Shown in pieces: positions 27,727-40,935 of a stretch of 64,000 nt of DNA (positions are counted from its first letter, which is position 1; each line of letters opens with the position of its first letter). This DNA comes from Chrysomallon squamiferum (lineage: Eukaryota; Animalia; Mollusca), in contig CM022667.1 of assembly GCA_012295275.1 (NCBI GenBank), forward strand, positions 16,864,001 through 16,928,000. The letters are read 5' to 3'. The notes beneath the pieces are model-generated. The model did no database searches, was not told the DNA's origin, and saw only the letters and a program-made list of their open reading frames with translations. The translations under genes were made by a program, and so were the position numbers.

Positions 27727-28092
27727 CTGTAGAACATAGCTTTAAGAAAGAACGGTCTAAGAAGTATGAAACGAGCAAGATAGCGAACATTCCAAAGGAA
27801 GAGTACTTCTTGATCATAGACCGACTAAAGGAGATCTCTGTTCATCCCAGGAAGGAAACCCACCACTAGTAGATCATTTACTCAGTCTGTTATGATGTTT
27901 CCCAATCATATATTCAGATACTCATATTTGCAGATTAGAATACGTATGTATGTATGTATGTATTTATATGCATGTATGTATGTTAGAATACATATGCACG
28001 TATTAATAAATACTCTCTCCTTCATTTCATATAAATAAGGAATATTCCTTTTTTCTGTTGTTTGTGACAATGCATTTGTCAGTGGTGATGTT

Positions 28093-28427
28093 ATAGAACT
28101 CGGTCTTGCCGGCCTAGTGATGTGCAACATAAAGCCATGCCATATTGTGGTTACCGAGAACCTAAAATACGTTCTTGTGGAGGACATATACAGTAACCAT
28201 CATCACTAAAGTATTTCTGTTCTTCTCCACGTTACACGTGTCCTGATGGCGTTTTACAGTTACGTTCTATTCAGATTAGGAAGAATAAGAAGGCTGTCAC
28301 AGTCACAGAGGCCCGCGCGAAGATTGTATGATGTGGTTGTAAAACTTGTGGTGATGTTGTTGAAAATAACAAGACAGACGAAATAATAAAATTCAAACAA
28401 GACTGAGTCACGCATCTGAACAGCCAT
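28093..28427 (-). pseudogene. Family unit U6 (pseudogene)
   Basis: Frameshifted signal exon from the ATG at 28427. The ERNCKTPSGHV*RGEEQKYFSDDGYCICPPQERILGSR*PQYGMALC exon (from 28266) carries two in-frame stops. Confidence 0.85.
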
Positions 28428-28634
28428 GTCGCTTTTCTTTTGTGACGTGAGTGAGTATTGATAAAACTTAAGTAACAGCTCTAACATTTCATGTTTAATG
28501 TTTCTGTACGGTAAAAACGTTAAATAATTATAATGAAGATCAGTGTGGTCTCTTATAACGACAGCGGATTCTGAACTAAATACAGAAACCGTAATAACAA
28601 GAATTCATCTTATCTTTCAATTTCCTTTGACAAA

Positions 28635-28822
<188 letters not shown>

Positions 28823-29515
28823 AACAGTAAACATTTATGGACAAGATGTATTTACAAAGAATCTATCAATTTCAATATATCTTTTCTTTCATTGCAAAAC
28901 TATATTCACATCCTCATCTCAGAAAGTTTTTTTTTTTTTTTTTTTATAATAATTAATTTCAAACGACAATTTGTGTGTATATATATTTGTGAGTGTGACT
29001 TTTACTTGTACAAACTCAAAGAGAGAGAATGATGGAGAAAAATAAAACTACCTATAAACAAATGCATCTACAATTGCTTCGAAATCATTTACTCAGTCTG
29101 TTTCGATCGTTTCCCAGTTAATTTCAGCACTAAGTAATGTCACTAACAGAAAAATCACTGACAGTCTACACTAACAGAGATTATGATCTTACTAATAAGA
29201 CTAATTAGAAAGAAAGATGAAGAATTTTTATTCAGTATTAATTATATTTTCCTAGAAATAATATAATCTTTAATTTGTACTATCTCAGATGTACCATTAT
29301 ATAGTAACTTAGCATAAATTTAATTTCTTTTATTTTTTATTTTTGTTCAATCTTTTGTAAAATTAATTATAAATAACCATGTCCTTGAGTCAATCATATA
29401 TTCAGGTAATCGTATCTGCAGATTAGAATATATATGTATGTATATATGAATGTATCTATCTATGTAACTATGCATATATCTATGTTAGAGTAGATATGCA
29501 CTTATTAATAAATAT

Positions 29516-30500
29516 TTATCTGTTCATTATTTCATAATGGTCCGTTGTAGCGGGTCCGGAACACAAAGCCGCGCCAAATCGTGGTTCCCACGGACCAAGA
29601 GCTTGTACTTGTGGTGGACATTTGCAGTGACCATCATCACTAAAGTATTTCTGTTCATCTCCACGTAACACGTGTCCTGATGGCGTTTTACAGTTACGTT
29701 CTGTAATAATAATAATAGTAATAATAATAATAGTAATAATAATAATAATAATAATAAATAATAATAATAATAATAATCTTTCTTTTTATTGTATAGTCTA
29801 GTATTATAACAGCTTATTCTACTTCTCCTACTATAATTATTTTTACTAATAATATTAATACTGTAACCACTACTGCTACTGTAACAACCATTACTACTAC
29901 TACTAGTACTACTACTACCACTTCTACTATTAATTCAACTACTACTATTACTATTCGAGCTACTACTACAACTGTTATCGCTAATAATAAGAATAGCATT
30001 ATTATTACTAATTCTACCATTAAAGGTAATAGTAAGCCTACAACTACTAAAACTAACTGTTCCACCTACCACTAATAATACTACTACTAGTAATACAACT
30101 ACGATCACTACTACTAACGAGACTACTAATAATTAGACTTCGTCTACTGCTGTTGGTATAAGGAGATACTGAAAAGTTGTCTACCTCGACATGTGTATCT
30201 TCCACAGCTATCAGGTCCTTCAGGATCGAAACACATTGGTACTAAATAATCAGCGTACATACAAATAATTTCTAATTCAGATGAAGAACCATAACCAGGC
30301 TGACAACGACACTCGTACGCACAAGGGTCATAGTGTGGAACGACTTGTCCAGGTCCGTACATTTGTCCATTGTGAGAGCAGTGAGGTGGCATTGCAGGTG
30401 TGGATGTAGGTGGTGGCAGCTCTGCAGTGTGTGTGGAAAAATAAGTAAACAATAATAATAACAATGAAAATGAAAATGAAAATGATAATGAAAATGAAAG

Positions 30501-30533
<33 letters not shown>

Positions 30534-31455
30534 TAATAATACCTCTCTTTTTTTTCTTCTCTTTTTTTCTCTCTTTTCTTTTTTGTGTGACTTATTCGGC
30601 ATTGAAACAACTACTTGATGATATCAATATGTCTATAGTGTTTGTTATCACCACCGTAGCCGGATGTGAGCATTGGATAAACAAGCTTGGGTTTTATAGT
30701 CTAAGAATTTCTGATTATATATTTATCAATAAATAAACAGTGAAACATAATGTATATTTAAAAACTGATTTAATCTAATTTACAATATTAACGTAATCGA
30801 CATAAGACTTTATGAGAATTAATATTAAGTATCATTTCCAGATTAATAAATTAATCGCTACAGGTTCCCATAATTTAAGACCTGGAAAGGTTTCCATTCA
30901 GCCAAGTTTACGGCAGAGGTTACATCATTACATGTTTCCTTTAATATCAAATCGTTACCCATTTAACGAGAAGAAGAAAGAGAGAATTCTTAATATTGAC
31001 TAAACTATTCGCTGCACTCAGACTCACTAAAATGTTTATGATCTTTACAAGATAGGTGTAGCACAAGATGTAGATCTGTTAAGGGAGAAAATATGAAGAA
31101 ACGTGACATTCGAGTTATTATTATTATTATTATTACTATTAACATCATCTTTACTATCACTACTTTTATCACTACAGTGATGTTACTACTGACATTGATG
31201 AGAGTGTAATTATTATTATTTCTGTGTAAGATGCTGATGATACTATTCATGTAGCTGTTACTCTGTCACTATTAACAGCACTAATAATAAGAACAACGAC
31301 AACAACGACAACAACAACAACAATATTAGTGACACTAATAACAAAAATAAAAATAATGATAATAGTAAGTACAAATTACCTTCAGGCGTTGGCATTGACA
31401 AGACAGACGAAATAATAAAATTCACACAGAAGAAGAAGACTATGTTAACAGCCAT
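29516..31455 (-). CDS. Family unit U7: secreted protein of ~165 aa (signal + 8-Cys VWC-like + 4-Cys module)
   Basis: Exons 31455-31380 MAVNIVFFFCVNFIISSVLSMPTPE; 30421-30185 ELPPPTSTPAMPPHCSHNGQMYGPGQVVPHYDPCAYECRCQPGYGSSSELEIICMYADYLVPMCFDPEGPDSCGRYTCR; 29700-29516 ERNCKTPSGHVLRGDEQKYFSDDGHCKCPPQVQALGPWEPRFGAALCSGPATTDHYEIMNR*. Phase-1 GT-AG introns. Confidence 0.8.
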
Positions 31456-31473
31456 TTTTCTGTTTTTTGTTTG

Positions 31474-31485
31474 TGACGTGAGTCA
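31474..31485 (-). promoter_or_regulatory. Composite CRE-half/AP-1 element of U7
   Basis: tgacgtgagtca upstream of the ATG at 31455. Confidence 0.55.
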
Positions 31486-31758
31486 GTATTGACAATGTTT
31501 AAACAGCTGTTTTCACATGCGCAATTTGATGCCTGCGTTTGGTAAATAGGCCAAGTATGTGTAGAAAACACTGGTGACATGTAATGTTTACAGCAGATCG
31601 TATAACGAGCGAAACATACATATTAAAATAAAAAGATTTTATCATGTCTATCAGTCTCAGTCTCTCAGTTTTTAAATATATATACGTCTGTCTGTTTACA
31701 TGTGTCCATATTGCTCTCACAGAGAGAAACAGAGAGATATTAGTTTTTCATTTACAAT

Positions 31759-31867
<109 letters not shown>

Positions 31868-32376
31868 TAAAAATTCTCTGTAAACAAAATAAATCCCCAA
31901 TAGCTTTCAATCATTTACTCTGACTCTTACGATATTTTCCCATTTAATTAAAGCACTAACTAATGTGACTTAAAGAAAAATGACTGAAAGTCTACACGTC
32001 TACATTAACATAGGCTTATGATTTTATTAATAACACTGATGAGACAGAAAGATGACGGATATTATTCAGTATTAATTATATTTTCAAAGAGATAATATAC
32101 TCTTTAATGTTTAATAATTCAAAGTGAACAGTTATACGGTAAATTAGCATAAGTTGTAATTCATTTTATTTCCTTTCACTCATGTGTGAAATTGAAAATA
32201 AATAATCATGTCTCTGACCCAATAATACATTCAGGTAATCGTTCTGCAGATTAGATTATGTTTGTATGTATGTATGTTAGACTATGTATGCACGTAAATA
32301 TTTGTATCAAGTTACATAATATTATAATGAATATTCGTTATTTTGTACTTAAAATTTCTTAAATCAAATGAAAAGG

Positions 32377-32923
32377 TTATTTCACCGGTTTTGTAAGTGG
32401 TGGTTTTCTACATCTCGGTGTTGGCGTTGTAGTCGATTTGGAACACAAAACCACGCTAAGCTGTACTTCCCATGACTGTCTCCTGTGAGCTTTGTATCGC
32501 GTACATTCCAAAAACCAGCGAGACGTATGGCGAAATCTCCGGTCACAGGATCGTTGATAAAGCAAATCTTAGAAAAATGGTTCATGTCCTTTCTGCTGTC
32601 TGGTTTGTATTCATCAAATCAAAGTACACGAGCATCTCAGGTATCATGCAGATATATGTACAACTGAACAACCTACCAAATTCTTCACGGGCAAAATCCT
32701 TCAGTATACACTAATAATGGCTTCATTGCTACGACAAAAGGCTACTCACTGTGCTGTTGACCATGTCACTGAAAAGTCTTTTTTTTTAGTAAAACATTCG
32801 TAGAAAATAATCAGGTTGAACGATTAAAAGAAACAAAAACGATTTTCTTTGCTGAACACATTATATTTAAATCTGCTCTTACTACCGTCATATTTCTGTC
32901 TGAACTCCCTATTATTATTATTA

Positions 32924-33000
<77 letters not shown>

Positions 33001-33221
33001 ATCATCTTCATTATCATTACGATGATGTTGTTATTACTGACATTGTTGAGGTTATTTGTGTAGTGGATTCTGATGACAACGTTTATGTAGCTGTTACTAT
33101 ATCACTACAACAACAACAATAGTAATCGTAAGTACTCATTACCTTGAGTCTTTGGCATTGGCAAGACAGAAGAAATAAAAAAATTCAAACAGAAGAAGGA
33201 GAAGATCTTGTGAACAGACAT
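32377..33221 (-). pseudogene. Family unit U8: intact signal exon with a decayed downstream exon
   Basis: 33221-33143 MSVHKIFSFFCLNFFISSVLPMPKTQ. The region ~32768-32377 has stops in all frames but ends SWEVQLSVVLCSKSTTTPTPR..., homologous to the WxPxYGVALCS tail. Confidence 0.7.
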
Positions 33222-33461
33222 GATGTCGCTTTTCGCTTGTAACGTGACTTAGTACTGATAACATTTAAATAACACTTTCCACATGCGCTGTTTTGATTCC
33301 TCTGTTATAAGCTAAATGTGTACAGAAAAGATTGGTGATATGTATTGCTTTAGCAGGATCGTATCATGAGTGAAATATAGAAATTGAAATAATAAGGGTT
33401 AATCATGTCTGTCATTTAATTTCAGTCTTCAGTATTTGAATGTTTCTGTTCTGTTACACCA

Positions 33462-33582
<121 letters not shown>

Positions 33583-34570
33583 TGTGTGTGTATTTGTCTT
33601 TCAATATCGATATATTTTTGGACAAGATTTATTTACATAGGATCTACTAATTTAAATATATGTTTTGTTCTGTGCAAAAAATAGTTTGTCACAGTCATCT
33701 TAGACAGGGAGTTACTTTTAACTTATAATTTTAAACTTGTCAATTTTATAAGAGCTTCTATCAGTTTTCTTCAGTTTTTAATATCGTACAACATTAAATT
33801 AAATTAAATTAAAAAAAGAAGTCAGGTTCGAATTCTTCACCTCTGTTCAAATTAATCATGCTTCATTCAGGAAAAAATCTTGTTTAACTTTAGTGTTTTA
33901 TATACATTTATTTTATTTTATTATGTGAATTCATTTATTCAAAAGTATCATTATGTATGTGTATACGATTTGCCTCTATCCATTTGTGTGTAATATGTGT
34001 GTGCAAGAGAGACAGTGAGAGAGATAACTTTATATTTATTAACTCAGAATGAGAAAGAGAGTAAAATAAAACTCCATATAAACAAGATATATTTACACTA
34101 GCTCCCAAATCATTTTCTCAGTTTGTTACAATTGTGTCGCAGTTAATTACAGCACTAAATAATATTATTAGAAGAATAATTACTGACAGTCTACATGTCT
34201 ACACTAATGATTTTAATAATAACACTGACGAGAGAGGACCTTGAAGGATTTTATTCAGTACCAGTTGTATTTTCCTAGAGAGTATAATCTTTAACTTCTA
34301 ATAACTCGGATGTAACCTTTATAGAGTAAATTAATGTAAATTGTAATTGATTTTTTTTTTCACACTTTTGTAAAATTCAATATAAATTACCACGTTCTTG
34401 ATCCAATCATATATGCATGTACGTATCTATATATGCATGTAGTATGTATGTATGTGTGTGTGTGTGTGTCTTAATATATGTTAGAGTATATATGCACGCA
34501 TTAATAAATATTTGTATATAGCTGTCCATTATTTCATATAACATCATAAAGAATATTCATTATTTAGCTA

Positions 34571-34886
34571 CTAAATATTTCTTATGTCAAAAGAAAAAGT
34601 TATTTTGTATTTGTTTATGAGAAAGCTTTTGTAGGTGGTGGTGTTGTAGATCTTGGTGTAGTGTGCTGTAGAACTCTGTGTTCGTGCTGTAGACCTCGGT
34701 GGTGGTGTTGTAGAAATCGGTTGCATTGTTGTAGTGGGTGCGGAACACAAAGCCACGCCATATTCTGGTTGCCAATCACCAAATTCTTGTACTTGTGGAG
34801 GACATTTACAGTGACCATCATCACTAAAGTTTTCCCATCCTTCTCCATGTATCACGTGTCCTGATGGCGTTTTACAGTTACGTTCT

Positions 34887-34926
<40 letters not shown>

Positions 34927-35902
34927 TAATATTAATAATAATAATAACAATAATAATAATAATAACAATAACAATAATAATAATAATAACAATAACAACA
35001 ATAATAATAATAATAATAACAATAATAAATCATTTTATTGTATACTCAAGTATTATAACAATTTTTACAACTACTACTACAATAATCACTCCTGCTATTC
35101 TTACTAATAATACTAACATTGTAGTACTCCTAATATACTTAGTATATTACTACTACCACTACTACAACAACTGCTATTCCAAATACTACTGATAATTGTG
35201 ATACCAATACATTTAAGACATTACTCGTTGCACTGATTTTGCATCAACTCTTCCACGTCAGTAGTTTCTTCGTCTTCATTACTGGCTGTTACTATTACTC
35301 TTGCCACTATAAAATCATCACCACAGCAGATACTACGACTTCTACTACTGCCAATACTACTACCAATTCTGCTACTAATTCTACTACTACTTCTACTATT
35401 AAAAAGACTAGCATTATTATTACTAATCCTACCGTTAATGGTAATAGTAAGCCTGAAACTACTGATAGTAATTGCTCGAACTACCATTAATACTATTAAT
35501 AATAATAATACTCCCATTACTACAATTTCTAACAGAATACTAGTAACTAGACTTTTACTTCGTCTACTGCTGTTGGTATAAAGAGATATTGAAACGTTCT
35601 GTACCTCGACATGTGTATCTTCCACAGGCATCAGGTCCTTCAGGATCGAAACACATTGGTGGAAAATAATCAGCGTATATACAACGAATTTCTAATTCAG
35701 ATGAAGAATCATAACTACGCTGACAACGACACTCGTACGCACAAGGCTCATAATCTGGAACGACTTGTCCAGGTCCGTACATCTGTCCATTGTGAGAGCA
35801 GTGAGGTGGCATTGCAGGTGTGGGTATAGGTGGCGGCAGCTCTGTAGTGTGTGTGGAAAAATCAGAACAACAGAAACAATTAGAACAATTACAACAACAA
35901 CA

Positions 35903-35938
<36 letters not shown>

Positions 35939-36089
35939 GCAATAATAATAATAATAATAATAATAACAACAATAACAATACGTGTTACAATAATAATAAT
36001 CAGTACAAATTACCTGGAGTCGTTGCCATTGACAAGACATAAGAAATAATAAAATTCACACAGAAGAAGAAGAGCATGTTAACAGCCAT
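34571..36089 (-). CDS. Family unit U9: secreted protein (signal + 8-Cys VWC-like + 4-Cys module + Thr-rich tail)
   Basis: Exons 36089-36014 MAVNMLFFFCVNFIISYVLSMATTP; 35841-35605 ELPPPIPTPAMPPHCSHNGQMYGPGQ...DACGRYTCR; 34884-34571 ERNCKTPSGHVIHGEGWENFSDDGHCKCPPQVQEFGDWQPEYGVALCSAPTTT.... Phase-1 GT-AG introns. Confidence 0.8.
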
Positions 36090-36107
36090 GTTGTTGCTTT
36101 TCGTTTC

Positions 36108-36137
36108 TGACGTGACTCAGTATTGACAATGTTTATA
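36108..36137 (-). promoter_or_regulatory. U9 core promoter: TATAAA plus AP-1/CRE element
   Basis: The minus strand reads TATAAAcattgtcaatacTGAGTCACGTCAgaaacgaaaagcaacaacATG. Confidence 0.6.
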
Positions 36138-36259
36138 CAACGTTTCATGTCTCTGTTTGGTAAATAGGTTAAGTATGTATAGAAAGGACTGGTGATGTGT
36201 AATGCTGACAGCGGATCTTTTCACGACAGAAATATAGATATCAGAATAATAAGAGTTTA

Positions 36260-36346
<87 letters not shown>

Positions 36347-36419
36347 CGTGTGTGTTTCTCTTTCAATATATATATTTTTGGACAAGATTTATTTACATAT
36401 TTACTAATTTAAATATATG

Positions 36420-37070
36420 TTCTCTAATAATAATAATAATAATAATAATAGTAATAACAATAATAATTATTATTGTACTACTACTACTACTACTACTACT
36501 ACTATTATTACTACTATTACTGCTACTACAACTACCACTTCTACTTCTAATACAACTATTATATTATTTATATTAATGGTAGCACTGATTCTACTCCTGC
36601 CACAACTTTTACAACTCTTCCACAACAACAGTTTCTTAGTCTTCATCACTCTTTATAATTATTACTTTTATCTCAACAACAACTACTACTGCTGCTTCTA
36701 CTATTTCTACTACTGCTGCTAGGGCTGATACTGATGCGACAACAGTCATAAAACAGACTATCACTACTAAAACTAATGATGAAGCTAACTAATAGTAAGT
36801 CTACATTTTATTAATGCTACAACTACTGTACTTACACAATTACTATTAATAATAATAATACGATTACCGAGACTACTAATAATTCTCTTACATTTGCTCT
36901 GTTGTTGGCATAAAGATAAACTGAAGAATTCTGTACCTGAACATGTGTACCACTAACAATGATACTGATGAAGGATAGTGAGGTCTCATATCGACAGAGG
37001 ATACTGAGCTAAATACAGAAAGCGTAATAACAAAAATTCATCTTATCTCTCAATTTCCTTTGATTAAACA
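36420..37070 (-). pseudogene. Most decayed family relic (intron, last bases of a VWC exon and upstream region)
   Basis: 36420-36950 matches 14620-15070, including the exon-end/donor remnant gtacctgaacatgtgtac; 36965-37062 matches 28535-28630. Confidence 0.55.
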
Positions 37071-38334
37071 CGCTTTTCGGTGTTTCAGCTGCTCATAACT
37101 GTCTAGCGACGTGAGAGGTTGTGTCCACGACAGGCCTGCTTCAACATTTATCTAATGGAACCTGATCAGTAATCACCCAAACCCATAATGTACGACATAA
37201 TGAAAAATAAATGTTATAATCGCATAAATTAATTTGTAATACAAACTAACAAAATACTGGCAAAACTTTAGTGTTGAACAGTTACTGTATTAAAGTCCTG
37301 GTATCACGATTTGGGAATTTTTATTGTACTGAATTTGGCGAGTGTAGAGTCCTGGATTAATTTTATTGAGATTTTTTTTTTTTTTTTTTTTTTTTAGGGA
37401 GTTGTTGTTTGTTTTGTTTTCGTCCATACAGGAATTTATTGTTTTTTGTTTGTTTTGCTGTTGTTGTTTTTTTCTTTGAATTATTTTTATTACTAATTTA
37501 TTTTTCTCATTATTGCTTGTTTGTTGATGTTGTTGTTTTTTGTGTTGTTGTTTTGTTTTTGTTGTTGTTGGTTTTGGGGTTGTTGTTTTTTTTCCTTGCT
37601 TAATGTTAAGTAATTTAAAAACATTTATTATTTTATTCCAACTTTATTTTACCGAAACGTCATACAAGTTCAAGCTAAATGCCTAAAACTTGTACGAACG
37701 CCTCTGCATTTGAGATTGTTTGTTTATGTTTAGGTAAGTTGGTTGGTCTTATCATTAAAAACAGGAATTAAAAAAAATAATAATAAAACTTATTGATTTT
37801 ATCTTATTGTCTTATCGATTTACCCTATAATCTTACCTCGTTATACCAACTCTTGTGTTACTTTTTTATAATTTCCGTACAAAAATTGATATTGTCCTCA
37901 CTATTGTGTATGTTTCTTCCTTCACTCTTTTAATAACTTCAGACTGAACACTACTATTAACGATTGTTAACAGCTGGTACCGTACACGTTAATTCGGCCA
38001 CACTGTTTATTTAATAACTTGGAACAGAATCCTAGTGCTTAAAGATCATAGGTTTACTCCTATTTAATAACGAAACAGAACGTCAATACTAAATTATTAA
38101 AACCTAAAACTGTATTATTAAATATTAACATGAACAAACTGATCAGTGGAATATATTGATGTTGTTTTTGATTGTATTTGTTTGAAGTTTGATTTCGTTG
38201 TTTGTTGCTGGTTGTTGTTGGGTGGTTTTGTTGTTGTTGTTTTTTTGTTCTTTTTTGTGGGGTATATTTATTATTATTATTATTATTATTATTGTTTTTG
38301 TTGTTGTTATTGTTGTTGTTGTTGTTGTTGTTGT

Positions 38335-38381
<47 letters not shown>

Positions 38382-38458
38382 TTTTATATATTCACTACAT
38401 AGTAAGGTCTTCGAACTTCCAAATTCTTGTAATAACAATTTTCTCTCTTTTTTTATTC

Positions 38459-38493
<35 letters not shown>

Positions 38494-39170
38494 CGACTCT
38501 GATTCTGAAACACCCGGTGTTAATAATCAACTTCACAGAGATTTAAATCTTCATCAATACCGATTAGATAACTAACAAAACATTTTAAGCTAAAGGCAGA
38601 ATTATTTTATTGATATAGCTTGAGAAATGTTATGGCCACTTCACATAACTGTTACATCAAAGGAAACAGGAATGTAAAACTGTATGGAAGTTTATTGCTG
38701 AATATTAAAATCTAACAGTCACTTAACTTATATAGCTACAGCTGACGCCACCACTATTATGTAAAATACACATAAAACTCTTAATGCCAAATCATAAGAT
38801 TTCATCTAGTACAACATTTCGTTGTTGCATCATTTGCATTAGATGACTCAGAAGGATAATAACCACTGCAACAATGATTCCATTATGTTCCACATTGATC
38901 GCGTTTATCTTTTAATATATTTTGAGAGCGACATCTGCAACGACGGTTATACCTGTTAGTCACCAGCATGACGTCAGTGAATTACATGTCTACGTGTCGA
39001 TCAGTTTGTGGGCGTGTGCGTGTAACTGTTTATATTTTGAGGGTCTGTATTTAATGTATATGTATATTCCTTATACATGTACAACAATAATTTTGATGAT
39101 GATGATGGTGATATATTTTAGTAATTATTTGTTTTCTTAAATTTAATTCTTTATCATCATCATCATCACG

Positions 39171-39221
<51 letters not shown>

Positions 39222-40329
39222 AATAAAATATACTGGCCAATTATGGCTTATCAAATCGCCTTATCTTAATCGTAAATCATATTTTGCTTTTATTACCTCT
39301 ACAAAACGCCAGCATTTGTGAATAATATGCTGGGTTTCCATTTTTATAGCACAGAAAAAAACTAAGGCCATAGTCAGCTCCCTGTTTAGCAACAGAAACT
39401 CTTTTAAGAATATCTGTTTTAAATTACAACGCTACTTCTAACCCATTTTCACAGAAACGCCAAAATTGATGATGTCAGTACTGTTCACATTATTTCAAAA
39501 ACAGCAGTGGTTTGGGTGTTTGTTTTTTAAAGAAATGTGTAGTATTTTCCAATGGTACAGTCTAAGATAAAAATAAATCATGCTAAATAGCTGGTTCTGA
39601 ATATCATTTTACCTGGGAATACCTGACAACAGAAGTGGATGGGTGTAGCAAAAAAGTCAGTGTCGCTGATTGTATTCATTCATCTACGACTTTTGTAAAC
39701 AGATCGCCCTTCACCGCTATAAAAAAATGATTCTAATGAAATTTTGAGACGAATAATATAACAAAATATTGTTTGTTGTTGTTGTTTATCGGTACTTTTT
39801 ATATTTATTTGTATGCTTTTTTTAACTGTCGTCAAAATCAACTAATTTTTGAGGCTCGAAATAGTCATTAAAAATTTGTTATTACATTTTTATTTATAAT
39901 ATAGGTAATAAGTTTAAATATTACATAGATAAAGCAATGATAAAAAAAAAAAAAAAAAAAAAACATTGCCAAAAATTTATATTATTCTTTGCAAATCCAT
40001 AAAGTAACATATGGAATCTTGAACTTTAAAGTCCGTGACAGATAGGTATGTTGCTTTCGAACTATAGTCCTCTCGTACGAAAGATATACATCTAAATAAA
40101 GCGAATTTCATACTGAATTTGATTTGAACGTGGTTTGGCGTTTTTATATTCAAACTGATGTTAAAAAGAAAAGAAAAATCCGTTTATAATCTGCAGGACA
40201 TAATCTGCGAGATGAAACATGTGAAATCCATAGTAATAATATCTGTATAATTTTATACTACTAAATATTAGAAATTTTAAATGCCAGGGGGTACAACAAC
40301 GAAATCTAATAGTGTAATCTCGTTTTCTT

Positions 40330-40382
<53 letters not shown>

Positions 40383-40935
40383 TTCGTATCTTAAACCTGC
40401 AGTTGTCGCGATTGCATGAGAATGAGTCTACTACTACTACTACTATTACTACTGCTACTACTACTACTACTAATACTAATACTAATACTACAACTAATAC
40501 TATTAATAATATTAATAATAATAATAATATGATGATGATGATGGTGATAACGATAAACCATCAATGAAATTAACAAGAAGATATGGACAAAAACGGACAC
40601 TGATATTCTCTGGTACGTCGTTTAATTAGTTAACTAGTTAGATAACTGATCGCGTTGTTAGTGAATCAGTAGTTAATTAACAACTTTATTATGGTTTTAC
40701 GAACTCAGATCCACAATGTCTGTCTGTTTAAAACAGTTTCAGTCTCCTGTCTTATGCCAGTGAATCGTTTCATTTTATTTTTTATTTTATGTTTATTTTT
40801 ATTTATTACTAATACTTTAATTTTTATTATTATTTTCCCCTTTTCGGCAGCACTTCTAACTGTCGGATGGGAATAAAATGTGATCTAGACGTATAACAGA
40901 GCATCGAAATGGAGGAAATCTAGTTCAGTGTAGGT

